Of a DNA stretch of 64,000 bases, positions 1 through 15,100 are shown in pieces. A program made the position numbers and the translations under genes. The notes beneath the pieces were generated by a model, which was not told the DNA's origin, did no database searches, and saw only the letters and a list, made by a program, of their open reading frames with translations. The stretch spans positions 13,330,001 through 13,394,000 of the forward strand of contig CM074517.1 in assembly GCA_037379345.1 (NCBI GenBank). Direction: 5' to 3'. Numbering within the stretch: the first letter of the stretch is position 1; each line of letters opens with the position of its first letter. Origin of the DNA: Perna viridis. Its lineage: Eukaryota.

Positions 1-86
1 CACAAAAAACGAGTAGGTTAACTGTAAACAACAATTGATATTTTTGGTATGCTCCATCATGTTGTTGGTTTTTTTTTTTATTTCAG

Positions 87-134
87 ATCCAAGATGTTGT
101 AGCTATCAGACACACTGCTTCCAACAGTGATCAA
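87..134 (+). CDS. UBR4: UBR4 exon 1 (numbering within window)
   Basis: [16 protein letters not shown]; tttcag|...|gtaagt. Confidence 0.93.
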
Positions 135-3100
135 GTAAGTAGTAATTACTATGATAACTTTAAAGAATTTCGATGAATTTGATTTGGATTGCTTTTATTC
201 TCTTTAGTTTCATAAGTTATTATAAAATATATAAATAGAACATAGTATTGTTGGGACCAAACAAAAGCTATCCATGCCTAACAAGAACGGTAAGTCTTTA
301 CAACAAATATAAACTAATCTTATCATTACAGCAAAGAACAACCATGATATTACTGTGTGAAGATGGAAGCCTTAGGATCTACATGGCCAACACTGAGAAT
401 ACCAGTTACTGGCTGTCACCCTATCTACAGCCCCAGAGTCCTATAGCTGTGCTCAAACCTGCTAAGAAAAAGAAAGTAACAAGATCTGGACACACCACAG
501 GATCTGTATCATTTCCTGTAGATTTCTTTGAACATTGTTACCAGACTAATGATGTAGAGTTTGGAGGGAATGACTTGTTACAGCTATATAACACTCAACA
601 GATAAAACATAGACTTACTGCCATCGGCATGTATGTTGCTAGTACAAAGGTTAGTAGTTTGTCTGATAATAAACATCTTATACACCTTTGTCATTTTCAA
701 CATGTAAAGCAGAGCAACAGCTGTTTATATTACAACCATTAAGCTCAAGGCAGCACATAGTAAAATAATCATCATTTACACATAAAACGAGTGACATATA
801 TTAATATTTGTTATACCCCGACTTCGCAGGAGATATGTAGTGATTGTGGTTTGTGTTTGTCATCCATCGATCTGTCATGTCTTCTGATTACAGTTTACTT
901 TGCAACTAGTGATCACAGACCTTCTTTATTTTGACAGAAGCTTTGTCTGAGCATGCTATATTGTGGAATTTGATTTCAGAGGGAAATTGCATCAAGTTTT
1001 TGTCTGATGACTGTTTATATTTTGATCTCATGCTTATAGGGGTGGACAGTGTGGGTATCGTACAGTGGCCTTTGCAAAATGCACAGTTTTTCTATAGCTA
1101 TAGCTACTGTAAGTTTCAAATAGGTGTATGTTTTATTTGGTACCTTATCAGATGTATGTTCTGTTTGGAGGTTGAGTATACACAGGCAAATATTTTTCAC
1201 GTGAAATTCTTGTCATTCGAGCTTCAATGAAATTTATGTGAAATTCACATGTAATTAACATGATTTTCATGTGAAATTCACTGAACACGAATTTCATGTG
1301 AACATTTCGTGTGAATTTCATGTGAAGGTTCCCATTCACCCGAATTTCACATGAACTCTGTCACTTAGTTTATTTGCTCAATTCAGGTGAAAATCAAGTG
1401 AAATTCATGTGAAATAATTTTGTCTGTGTACATACTGAAGGTTAAGTTAAGTTTTATACCTTTACATTGTCCATTTGTAGCCTGCAGGATTTACTATAGA
1501 GATTAACAACACCAATGCCACTAATGTAATGGTAGGATTACGTGTACAGATTGGCACTCAGAGTGTAGAAAGAGTACCATCATACCTGGAAATCTTCAAT
1601 AGAACCATACCTGTAAGTGTTGGAATTCTAATTATGTTCCCAAATGAACATTTTTTGGGCTTATTGTATTTATTATTAACCACAGATCTACTTTCTCTTG
1701 TCAATTTTTGGAATAACTCAATACATGTATTTGATTTTATAATGATGTAACATTAACACTTCCTACAATTTTAACTTCTAATTTCCATTTAAGGTGACAG
1801 TCACGAAGTCCAGATGGTATGATATGCCTTTCACTAGAGAAGAATCTCTTACAGCTGACAAGAAAGTCACTCTGTTTGGTAAGTGTTTTAGTAATATATT
1901 GCAAATTTAAACATCTACCAGATCTAATCAGGGCTCATATTATAAACTTTATAAATCAAATTGAGATTTTCATGAGTTTCGTTAATTCCATTTTTAAGGT
2001 ATCCAGTTGGTCCAAATTTTGGGAAAATTTTTGTATGAAACTCTGAGCTGTCAATTACTACCTTAAAACATGTTTCAATAAATTAAGTTTATGATTTTAA
2101 AATAGAAGTTCAAACTTTGAAATATGAAATCTGTTCAATGTGATGAATAAAAATTGATTTGTTTGACAGAAATGTCAATCTTCAACACTAATGTTATCTT
2201 TATTTTCTTTTTCAAGATTTGTGAGTTCATCAGCATGTATATTACTACGGCTAATTATATATATTTTCTGTTTTGTAGTTGGTGCCAGTGCTGACCCAGG
2301 AGGAGTGACCATGATTGACTCGATCAAGATTTATGTCAAAACAAAAGAATCATTTGGATGGCCAGAGGAGTCAGATGAATTTCCAGAATCCTCTGTTACT
2401 AAAGCTCTCCAACAGCCAGGAGTAGTCACTGTGACAGAAAGTGAGACAGTATCATTTGCCCCTCTCCCACTGACTTGTGCTGACAGGTTAGTTACTGTAT
2501 GGATAGACAATTACACTGCGTTTACTTGATATAAAATCTATTAATGAGGATATGCTTAGCATTTTCATCTAATGAAATGGTTTCGAAAGGCATAGTAAAC
2601 AGCTTTTGTTGCAGTTTGATCTTACACAAAAGCAGTTAAATGGGATTTGTGGCTGCCAATTTTTGTGGTTAAGATAATTATCGTTTGTTTATGAAGTCAT
2701 GAATTGACTGTCTTTGTTTTTCAATAGGATCCTATTTCAGCTTTGGAATTGTAGTTTCAGGTTTCTTTGCATTATGGCAACCATTTAATTGTATTATACA
2801 TTGTATAAATATGTTTTTTGGTAAATTCCCAGAAATGTAAACGAAGATCTCTGTCTTTTACAGATTACTAGGCAGTGCATTAGAGGTATTGGATGGGGCC
2901 TTTGTCAACACACTATCTAATGAGAAGGTAAGATAATTCTTAGTGTTAGAAATAACCTTTCTTTTTGAATTGCCTTAAGGGTAAGCAAACCTGTCTTAGC
3001 TACCACCTGTAATCAGCAATAACTTATCTTAAATGACTTTGATTGAAACATATCCTTGTAGTGGAATCTATAGATTTTAACTTATACATCTGTCTCGTGT

Positions 3101-6100
3101 AAACAGGATATTGCTCTCCCTTGGAAAGTCACTGAAGCCGGGATTCACTGTAACTGCATATTAAGTTACCTATGGTGTAACAGTCTTTGTTCATTGGTTA
3201 TTTATGATCACATGATGCGATGGATATTTCACATACATGAAGCCTTGTTTCTATTTTCATATGTATTAACACTATGTTTTTGTTTATATGTATATTGATG
3301 CTATACTTTTAAATTTAGATCCGGATATAAACCATTATGTTTCATGATTACTCTCGGCAAATCTTGGTGGATTCACTGCAGATGAAGCAGACAAAAACAA
3401 AATACATAATCTAGATATGTAATATATAAATTAAGGACTTTCACTCAGTCAATACATTATATATGGACCTATTAGATTATATTGAACTCAGACTTCGGCT
3501 GTGGTCAATATAATCTGAACAGGTCCATATATTACATATTGATTTCGTTAAAAGTCCATAATTGAAAAATATGCTTTGGTATTATTATGCTCATGTCATT
3601 ACTTATTACTGCCAGACTTGTAGGTGATATTTCTTTTTTACAGGATATTACAAGAGACAAAGCTTTGACAATAGCTACCAAGTTACTGACATTACCTACT
3701 CCACCCAGTGTACAACAACATACCAAGTCTCTTATGGCTTCTCTCTTCCCCAGTACTCCATCTTATTATAATCACAAGGTAATATCAAGATCTACATGTA
3801 TGTGAACAAAACCAAGAAGGAAAAATATGAATGCAAAATTCATTGAATTTAAAATCATATCTTATTGTCTCTTGCAGCAAAGTGATATAGGATATTTATG
3901 TCGAGCTGCAACACTTTTTAAGAAGTAGGTCTTGTTTAATCACTTTGATTTAAAGATGCTTGTAAAATTACGTTGGAAATGAAGATGGCATTTGTAAGTT
4001 TTATGTATCTGTATAAGTGTGTTAGTCATCTTTAAAGGTAAGAAAACAAATGTATACAATGTCATGGTACAAGATATCTATCTATTATTTAAACTATGAC
4101 AATAATTATACAAATTATATAGTTTTTGCCTTCTATTTCCCTGTTTCCACACAAAAAAAAATGACTGCTGATTCAGTATTGTTGTGATTTATCATTTTTT
4201 AACCATAGGATCAAGCCCAGCTTGCCCATGTAACAGATAGTTTATCTAAAGAAGAACTTGACTTGGATGTTGAAGCTTACCAGAGACTACTGGTCACCGC
4301 TAGGTCTGTTGCTGTGGCTAGAGCAAGCAACCTTGTTAAGTTTGCTGAAACAGGAACAAGTCCTAAGGAAGAAGGTGCATATATATCTTTCCTGCTTAAG
4401 TGCACTTTTCAATTAGTGAAATATATTATATTTAAGCTAGGTATTTCTTTTCAATTGTGAAAAAAACAACCCAAAACCCCACTAATTTTGATTTACATAT
4501 TTATACTCCCTTTTGTTGATGGCTGTATCTTAATATACCTCTGTCTGTCAATCAGTACACATGTTATATACATGTAGTAATTCAAAATATTACTGATTTT
4601 GATAACTTTATGGTACACCCTTGTCATCAAGGAATGATGCTCCCATTTAATCAATGCTTTTTTAATTTTAATTTCCAAGTTATGGGACTTTGAAAACAAT
4701 TGGTGATAGGCATATCATGTGCTTTGTTACAGCTGTTTATATTTACTTATGATACATTTAGTGAAATTTTAGAATTTCTAATTTTTATATCAATAAAGAC
4801 TTCTAAGCATTTCGTTTTAATGCCGATTAAAATTTTTTTTACAGTTTTAGAAGTTACTGATCTTGAAGATGAGAAAGAAGCCCAGACTAATTTGTCTGTC
4901 AGCAATACTAAGGACAGTCGTCACTTTGTTACCATGTTGACTGAGGCATTCTGGAAGTTATACAGTGCTAAACCTGCCAATTCCATGCTGGCTCCTGTCT
5001 GCCTCCCAGGTTTGTACTATGAACAATGAAATTTGTTATATCCAAACCCCTCTCAGGCTGAAGATTTCACCTAGTATTTGGTTTATTCAGGTTCAAATGC
5101 ATTAAAATTAATATAAAGCAACCAGATAATTTCTGGTTCATTCAAGATTCAGTATGTACAGTTAATACTGTTTATCATATATTAAGGTTTTGGGTGCTAC
5201 CAACAACCATTTATACAAAATAGTATTTTATTATAGAGTAACTTTTTGTGTTGTTTAGTTAATGTGTAAAGTAAAATGAGATTAAGAGTAGTGTTAATCC
5301 TGATTTTCTTCACATGAAGGGACCATAGTTATGTATCAATTCTTTTGACCATTGACAGTAAACAGTTTGTTTCTGAGGCCATTTTTCTTGAAAGCATGAG
5401 AGTAAGGCATTTCTTTTTTACCTTTTCATTGCCCCAAAACCATGACGTTGCTTTTTGTATTGTTCGTTGCCAGAAAAATAATGAGGGAAGAGATAGTAAA
5501 AGCAAAGAGACCTTGATTAGAACAAGGAGCAGGATATCCATATCTGGAGACAAGGACTTGAACAAGAAACACAGACAAAGCACTGTTTTTAGCACAATAG
5601 AATTGGTTACCTTCCAAAGAAACCAGGAAGGGAATCATTTTTGTTGGCCTTATTATGTACATTACTATTAACCTACTCAATTATCACCTTTAGGTTTGTC
5701 CCATGTGGATGCTACTGTCAGTGCACTTGTAGAGATCATCAATGCCTTTACCTTATGTGATCTTGACACAGCCAATCTAGCGACCAAGCTCTATGTCAAC
5801 TTCTTAATGTCACCTGTAAGTAGTGGTCTACATGTATATGTTTATATAGTTACTTCATAATATTTTTTGCCAATTGGCAAATTAACTAATTAATTGCAAG
5901 GATAAATTTAAACTAGTGAATGCAGTTTATTAATTTATCTGTTTTAATTTTCTGATGTATTTAAATCTCAATTACAGACATATCTATTTGTTGTTCACAT
6001 TTTAGGAACAGACAGTAAGCTTTGCCTGTAAACAGGCCATCATTAGATCATTGAGACCTAGACACAGAAGGAGGAGAGTGTTTATCCCATCACCTCCTAG

Positions 6101-9100
6101 ATGTAGTTCTCCAGGTTTGTATGATTTGTGTATTGTATTCATGACTGGGGTCTCTGCACTAGATTGATTTAATCATTTCCCAGCTGAAAATACATGTACA
6201 TCAATAACAACCCAAGAAATTTTATAAACTTTTATATGAAAATATTTGCAGTGCTTTTGCCTTAAAGGACTTGCTGTAAAAATAGCCAAAATTCAATTGT
6301 CATAGAAAATGTCCTGGTTGACAACATATTTAAAAGATCAATAACACATATATAACTTGTAGGAGGTGGAGATGATGATGATGGTGACAATGATGACCGT
6401 CCTGATGATAATAAGCCCAGCATCCGAGTCCCAGCTCCAACACCACCCACAGAACAGGACGCTGATGAGGCTTTTGAAGTGGTGGTAAGTTTTATTGTAT
6501 AGACATGAGGGTAGCCCTATTTTGTATTTTAATTATTCTATTATAACCAATGATACAAAGCATTCATTTGAAAATATACTCGTAAACACTCCCTTTGTGT
6601 GCCATTATATTTAAGTAGAACATTGCATTACCAATATTTAGTCCATTTTGAAATATCTGAATTTTTAATTAAAATCAAGATCATAAATATGTCAAATACG
6701 TTTTATTAAATTTATTTTTAAAGATGTAATGGTCATAGATTTTTACCTTGTCTAACAGGAGCATAGTGAGCCAATGGATATAGAGCAGGCAGTGTCTGGA
6801 CGTCCCCTTGGTCTGGAGGAATTATTATCTGGAGGTGTTAACTTCCCTCCAATGGTAGATATTCCTCCTGATGCTGATGATGAGACTATGGTAGAACTTG
6901 CTATAGCCCTTAGCCTGCAGGAACAGGTAATACTGATATTTATGGCTATTTCAGCATATCAAGTGAAATATTATTTTCTGCCGTCCATTATCAAAATGTG
7001 GAACGACCTTCCAGTCACCACTCGTGATTCTAAGTCTTTGAATATATTCAAAATGCGTATTAATATTTCAAACAATCGTAAAAAACCTATGTACTATAAT
7101 AATGGTAGTAGATCTGGTCGGGTCTTGCACACCAGATTGCACATGGGCAGCAGCTCTTTCAATGAGCATCTGTACAGGCGAGAGATTTGACATAATACTA
7201 TACATACTTTGAATTTTCATATCGATATTGACATTCTTCTCAAAGGGTCTGATGCTCTAACTTTAGGACAAAATACAGATTTATTCTTAAAGGTGCCGAC
7301 TTACATTTTAAAAAGTAAACGATTTGTCAATGCTTAATTGTGTATATACATATATCTCTTTGTATTGTGTGTTATCTTCTGTGCATTTCAACTCCTCAAT
7401 ATCCTTTTGTATACTTTCCTATCCATTCCTCTTCAATTTTGATATATATACTTTATTCAACCCTTACGTCTCCAATAGATAGTTACATCAAAGATACATA
7501 ATTATATAAAAGCATGCTATTATTGTCTTAAGTTCGTTGTTTAGTAGGAGACAGATTAGGATAAGCTTCAGGTTGTTACGAATCCTTGTGTTGTATTATA
7601 ATATTGTCATATCATATATTGATGTATTCTTTAAAATAAATAATGTTTAAACTAAGTGAAATGTTGGTATCAATTTTTATGTCATTTTAGGAGATGGGCA
7701 GTTGATGGCTTCATCAAAGTTTTTCATAGATTATTCTACTTAGAATTATTTTTTTTCTTGTGATTTATTTGCTGATATACATGTATGGTCTTTTTTAGCC
7801 TGGAAATGGATCTCTTGGTTTACAAGGATTGAGTCTAGCAGCAGCTCAGCAAATTGTAAGTACCACAGATTAAAATTATTGATAGACCTTATTCTATCCA
7901 TTTCTACAAGCTTTCCATACATTAAATGGATACACTTCCCCCATTGAAAGTTTTAATGTTCTTGATTTATACTTTTTTTTGTAGTTTTGGTGCTTATCAG
8001 TTAAGTAGCACTTCAGCCAAGAATCATGCAAAATGTGATACATGGTGGGAAAGCCTATATATTTTTATTTTTGATATTTTGTTTAAAATGCTTTAGTAAA
8101 CAGAAATTAACATTCGGTTTTCCATATAACCTGTGCTCATAGGAGATAAAAATTATATAGAATGCACTGTAGATTTCAAAATTATGGGAGATAACTCTGT
8201 AAATGACACTCAAATACTATAGAATCTACTGGATTTTCAATGTTGATTATCTCCTGAGAGCAGACAGATCAGAATGAATAATTACACATTTCACAACATA
8301 CACAAATAAAACAACTTAATTACAAAAATAAAAATATGTAGCCATTTTGGGGTGTATCACATTTTTCAGATTTTGCATGATTCTTACAAAGACAGCTACT
8401 TAAAATTTACTGAAGCAAACAATAGAGAAAGGCCACAAATTAAAACTCTACTAACTTGTCTTTTCTCTTTCATTAAATTTCTTTGCTTTTTACCAGGATG
8501 ATGATGAGTTAGAACAAGGACCTCTGTCTGATACTACAGCATCTGCCCCAGGAAGTGATGATGAGGCAGGAAGTAATGCTGCTACTGATGGATCTACATT
8601 AAGAACATCCCCTGCAGAACAGGGTGGAAGTGGTGGCTCAGAGAGTGGGGGTAGTGCTCCTGAATCAATATCTGGTGAACAGAATGGTAGGAATGATTTA
8701 AAATTGAAAATTTTAATATTTTGCCAGTATGATTTATTTTTAGCAATTATACTTGCACATTGGGGTTTTTATACCGTTTATTGACTTTGAAAATGCATAC
8801 ATTGTGCTCTTATTTTATTTTCAATAATAATAATAATGCCAATGCATCAAAGGTTATAAATAGTAATGTTTCTTTTGTGACAACTTTTTTCAAATCATAT
8901 TTCATAAGATAAAACAAAAAGAAAAAAACTAAAGCATGGACTTTAAAATGCTTAATGCAAATTAAGAGATAAATTTCTATATCAAATATTCTGAAATATA
9001 TCACAAAAAGGGTCATGTTGGATAAAACTGCCAATTGTGTGAAAGAAAATTCTCTCAGAGGCAGATTTGTTAAGTTTTATCTGAAGAAGGCAGGTCAGTT

Positions 9101-12100
9101 GGCAAATACATGAAAGCTACAGCTTTGTATAAGTATTTACACCTGTTCTAGGAAAGAGTATTACCTTTTACCCATATATCAATTTACATTTTTGTAGTGA
9201 GTGGGAGAAGCAGTTTATATGGCGACAAGGACAGAGAGATTGGTGGTAGAAGTGAAACCAGTAGTGTAGGAATACCAAGTACATCACTTCACCAGGAGGC
9301 TGATACTGATTATGATACATCTCTCAGGTACATAAACTGTTTTACTGGATAATCAGGATATAGTTTATAATGCAATTGGTATTGTTTCCATTTACATGTA
9401 AAATTTTGATTTTTAGAAGCTCTGATTACACTCATAAAAGTAGCTTAAATATGGGAATTTTTCCTAGGGTATATACATGTGATATTTATTTTGTTTTATT
9501 ATATGCTTTCTTGAAAGCATGGATGCATGCTACTTTACTATAATTGCTAAAAAAGAGTTTTTTTTCATAATTTTCCTTTCTTAATCCTTGTTGTGCTATA
9601 TGTGATATACAGGGCTTAGATGCTGTGGCTGGCCATTTATATTCTGATTGAAAAGGGTATGGACTGTTCTAATGCTTATAGCAAATTGATTTCTATAATA
9701 ATGTGGTCGTGTCATATATCGTTGGAAAGGTGACTTTTATATGCTAATTATAATTTGTAATTATGACCTATTTTTATCTGTAAATATTAAGGTGTGAAAA
9801 TAAGGATATATAATAATGTGATTGTATTTTTTGTCCCCAGACAGCCAATTTTCGATCAGGAAATCTCCATTATTGTTTTCTGGTGGCTGTTCATCATCGT
9901 CTGATGAATCGAAACCTTCAAATTCGCCCTCACTATCAGAATCATTCAGAAGTTCACAAAAAAATCCTTGTGATGAGGGAGAAAAGCAGCCATTACGGCT
10001 ATTCATATGCAAATATTTTGACCCTAGATATTCTCGTTAAAATTACAACAGAAAACCAATCAAATTGCTTGTATTAAACATTATTTAAGCAATATAAATG
10101 TTTATTTAAAGCCTACATTCGATTGGCGAACATATATAGCTGACTAAGAAGGGAAAACCCCAAACCCGAACTAGTCTGGGTGTAGCCAGCGTCTCAATAT
10201 ATGATACCAGACTAGTCCAGGCACAGCACGATAAGGGTTAATTAAGGGTTTAAGTAAACTGCTTGTTTCAGCAAAAATATGGATAGAATGTTTGAAATAT
10301 GTTTATTAAATAATTCTTATAGATTACACAGTCTACGTCTGATTTTGTTGGAGAGACTGCTTCAGTACCTTCCTGAGTTCAGAGAAGTGGGAGGAGTCAG
10401 AGCCATACCTTACATGCAGGTGTTACTGATGTTGACCTCTGACCTTGATAGTGAGGAGGAAAAGGATAAAGCTGCATTAGACAGTCTGCTGACTGCTTTG
10501 ATCAAGGAATTAGATCTCAGTGGAAAGGTAGGAGCAAAGCTCATCATTAGAAATTAATGGAAACAGTCCTGATTTTCTTCTGCTTTTTCAATCTGGATTT
10601 TACTGTCCTGATTCTTTTTCACTGTGTATACTGTCGATTTTGCTGATTTCAGCTTTGTTGACCTTCTGACATCAGGTCTGGGTTAAGGACTGAGTATACA
10701 ACATGTGAAAATGTGTATAAATATAATACATGGTTTTCTAATGGAATTAAGGCATACATTTATGTATTACATATGATGTAAGAAAAAAGTATATTTTAAT
10801 GTGGTTAAACTTGCCAAAATAACATATTTAAATGCAGGTCTTAAATATACTAATATACTTGCATTTTCTATATGTTTTAAAATGTATGAAAACATATGTA
10901 AATACAAGTATTAGTTATTGCTTTGTTTGTGGTGGAGAAAAAAGAATACAGATGAAATATACATGAAAACTGTTTCTCATACAAAGAATGTTGTCACGCT
11001 TTTAAAAACTGAAAAATGGATACCCTGTATTATATTCATTTGACATTATCAAACATAAACATGCATGTAATTGGTAGAAATGAAGCACTTATTGCATCAT
11101 TAACATGTTTAAGTCTGACTGAATGAAGTATAAAGTGAAAAAACTTGCAATTATTTTTTTCTTCTCTAGGATTTAGAAAATGTCTCAAATAGAACCAAGA
11201 GCTTTGAATTCAAACTTGTGCTTCTAAGACTATTAAGTGTGCTCCTATCTCGCACCAAAGCTGGAACAAAGTCTTCAGGGGAGACATCATCCTTCATCAG
11301 TAATATGACAGCTTCTGCTCTAGTGTCCAGTGGAGCTATTCAGTACTGTTTAACAATACTTAGGAATCTCTTACCTTACTGGAAACAGTATTCTACACAA
11401 GAGGTAGGTAGAATTAAACACTATGAAATAAGATAAAATTAATAGATGATGTCTGGTTGGAATGAGCTCAGTGTTACAAAGAAAATTTATGTTCAGAGTT
11501 GTGATTTTATTTTTTTCCTGGAGTTTCCATGAATTAAAGATATTGTTATATATCAAGCTCAAGTCTACCTAGATACAATGAATGAAAAAAAAATAAACAA
11601 CATTACATGAAAGATCAATGATTAATTTTTTTGTTAATTTCAGAATGATGGAAGTCCAGTGACAGGATGTTTATTGAAGCCACACCCATCATACCCTCCA
11701 CCAGACATGTCCCCATTTTTTCTCCGACAGTATGTCAAAGGACATGCCAGTGATGTGTTTGAGGATTACCCACAGCTTCTCACTGAGATGGTTCTTAGAC
11801 TACCTTACCAGGTGATAGAGATTGACACAATAAATGTCAAATTAAATGCTCTTCCATCTCCATGATAATGCATCAGATTTATTTTATTCAACCTTAGTTT
11901 TTAATGATTGCAATGATATCAACAATTTCTGTCAAGCTTCTGCTTTGTAGAGGTTTTGTAAAGGAACCTAATAAGCACTTGATTACTTTCTAATTGTCAT
12001 TTTTTTATGATTAATGTTTATGTATATTTATCTATTTGCAGTTGAAGAAGATATCAGAGAGTAACAATAGTGTTACTCAAACCAACTTTGACAACACCTG

Positions 12101-15100
12101 GAATAATATACTGTCTGAGGTAAGATTGAAGATACTACATATATATGGAAGAAAGTAGTACCATTGTTTTTTTTTAAAGAAAATTGTTTCTAAAGAATTA
12201 GATAGTGGAAATAAGTTATTATTCTGATTTTAAACTGTCTTTTTCAATGTAGAAGACAGGTAGACATGTAAATTCTGCCAAAACTCTTGGTCTTAAAAGA
12301 TAAGTGATGTTCCTTGTTTCTGGTGCCTTATTGCTATATGCATTGTCTGGTATATCATTTTTCATAACATTGCCTACACTGTTTTTATATTTGAGAATTA
12401 TGTGTAAAATTTTCCACTAAATAGCTTGCCTGGTTACCTCCAGCAGCCTCCTCCCTCACACAAACAGATGTTTTGAATTCCATAGGAGGTCATGAATTAA
12501 CTATGTTCCCTCTTGTTATAATTTTACTTGTATTTTTTAGTACATGATGACCCAACAGACACCATTTGTAAAAAGACAAGTCAGAAAATTATTGATGTTC
12601 ATCTGTGGAACGAAAGAGAAATACAGAGAACTAAGAGACTTACATGCTGTAGAGATGCATCTGAATAGTGTGATGAAATTGTGTAAAGAAGGTGGACTTA
12701 CCCTGGAACAGGTTATCTCCCCAGGTGTCATCCTAACATATGATACACTGCTCAGTATAGTAAGTATTAAATGTAGTGTTAAATAAAAGAATTTGCTTAA
12801 GTATGACTGTTAAAAAAGTTGAATGAAAACACAAATTGTTATCATTATGTAAGTTTCAACTTCATGGAACAGAGTTGGTCTTGCCATGATTGAATGACAA
12901 TCACATGATGAATTTTCTTCAAATTTAGTTGAAATGCACTATGGAACAATGGTGGGAAAATTTTCCTGCACTTTTTCCTTATATAAACAGTCAAAAAATA
13001 TCTACGTCACATATGCTTCAGGATAAATTTAAATACCTTTTCAGTTGTTTGTTAGATGTATTGAATATATTTGAGGCAAAAAAAGACTAAATTGAGAAAT
13101 ATGATGTGCCACCCATTGCCTGATTCTTACACAGAATGGTACTTAACTCTTTTCCCTGAAATTTACTATTTGATACATTTGAAGTATGTATGAAGACATA
13201 TTAACCAGTTTCTGTCATTAATATGGACCATTGTACCATTTTCAGATTGAACACTTAAAGGCTTGCTCAGAAGTTGCTACATCGAGACCTGTAAATTGGC
13301 AACTTTATTGTAAAGACAACCAAAGTAAGTAATTTGGCACATTATTTCAGGGTCTGGCCATATGGCTCCATAGTACAAATGTTGTGGAAGTCAATATGCA
13401 ATTGTAGTATATTTTCAATTTTTAAGTAAAAAGTGTTGATTTGTTTTTGCAAACCCTGCTTTAGTAATATTTAAAAGAACACCTTTATTTTAGAGTTGAT
13501 ATACTACTCAGTCGTAATTTTAGAAATTTAGCATAATGATTCCTTAATTTACTGTTGTCTAAGACCAAGTTCTATATATATATGCATGATTATACTACTT
13601 TACAGATGTGTTGTCATTCCTGATAAGAGCCAGTATAATGCTTGATGAAGGAGTTGCCCCTACTCTACTCCAGCTGTTACAGTGTGCCCTGTGTGGGCCT
13701 AACAAGTCTGCCACTGCCAGCCTAGATGGTCCAGGGTCCACCAGCTCACCGGCTAAACACAAGAAAGATAAGGACAAAAATGAAGGTAATGAAAAATGTT
13801 AAATATATAAAGTATGGCTTGACAAACTATTCTTGTTTGCAAGTGTACTGTGTTATAACATATTTATTGAAAAGCAATTACATGAACTTTAACAAAAAAT
13901 CTGGTCTTAATTTCTTGTTTAACAAGTAAGCACTGAAATAGGAAATGTATGATTCACGAACAGTTTGATTTTGACTGTATTCAACACTCTGAAATAGAAA
14001 GTTGTTACATGTACATGTTTTTTACATATTTCTTGAAATAAGAATATATCAAATTTACTGAATTGGTTATAGATGATGTGCTATTGTAATTGTACTTGGT
14101 TAAAGTTTATCACACTAACATCAATGTAAAAATGGATAGAAAATTTATATCCAACTGTAAGGATTTGATAAGGTAATCAATATCATTTCTAGATTCAGAT
14201 GATGGACAGAAGGTGGATGAAACTTTATGTGTTAACTTAATCCAGCTTCTTAACAAGGTGGTAGAACCTGAGTTAATGATAAACTTTATAAGAACATTTT
14301 TGTTGGAATCTAATTCTACCAGCATCAGATGGCAGGCCCACAGTCTGGTCTTCCATATCTACAAGTAAGTTTCTACTTCAATTATAGCAACTCTAAAAAC
14401 ATCAGCTTTTGTGTCATTCAATGGATATTAACCATTTCAAATGCACATCTGTTTTACTTTGGGTTTATTGCTATAAGTGTATATACCAAAAACTACAGGC
14501 CTTTCAGATGTTAAAATATTAACTTAAGTCATATATAATATATTTTACAGAGGTATGTGTACATAGTAATCTAACAGTTAGATATGTATGTTCATGTGTT
14601 GCTTTAGAATATTCATATTTTCAATATTTAAGGAACTGTTCTCTGACTGAACAAGAGAATATGATGGAGATGATGTGGAGCTTATGGAAAGAGTTAGCCT
14701 TGTATGGCAGGAAAGCAGCTCAGTTTGTAGACTTACTAGGTTACTTTGTACTGAAGACACCACAGACATCTGAAAAGAAGACAAAAGAATACCTTGAGAA
14801 GGCTATAGCTGTTCTGAGAGATGAGAATAATATACTTAGTCATCATCCTAATGCTCAGATTTATAAGTAAGTTGTTCTATGGATATTGAACACTTTCTGA
14901 ATGTGAAGATAACCACTAAAGATTAGAAACATGATTTTGATTTTATGTAATATTACAAATTTGGGTTTTGATTTAAAAAATAATGTAAATTTGTAGTAGC
15001 TATTTAAGCAAAGGTATGAAATGATGGAAACATACACATTGTACACATGTTGTATATTGTTAGTTCATAACTATCAGGTTTAAGAGATCAAACATTGACT

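Noticed and set aside
5329-5680. Overlapping ORFs and a possible UBR4 cassette exon after ttgccag (5473)
   Set aside because: In the intron's phase it hits TAA at once, it has no strong donor, and exons 9-10 already join colinearly with known UBR4.
6927-7190. Extension of UBR4 exon 13 in ORF 6774-7190
   Set aside because: A strong CAG|GTAATA donor lies at 6926/6927, and the extension is a LINE ORF2 remnant in frame by chance.
9901-9916. CTGATGA...GAAA hammerhead-like core
   Set aside because: There is no room for stem II, and it lies within the piggyBac coding remnant.
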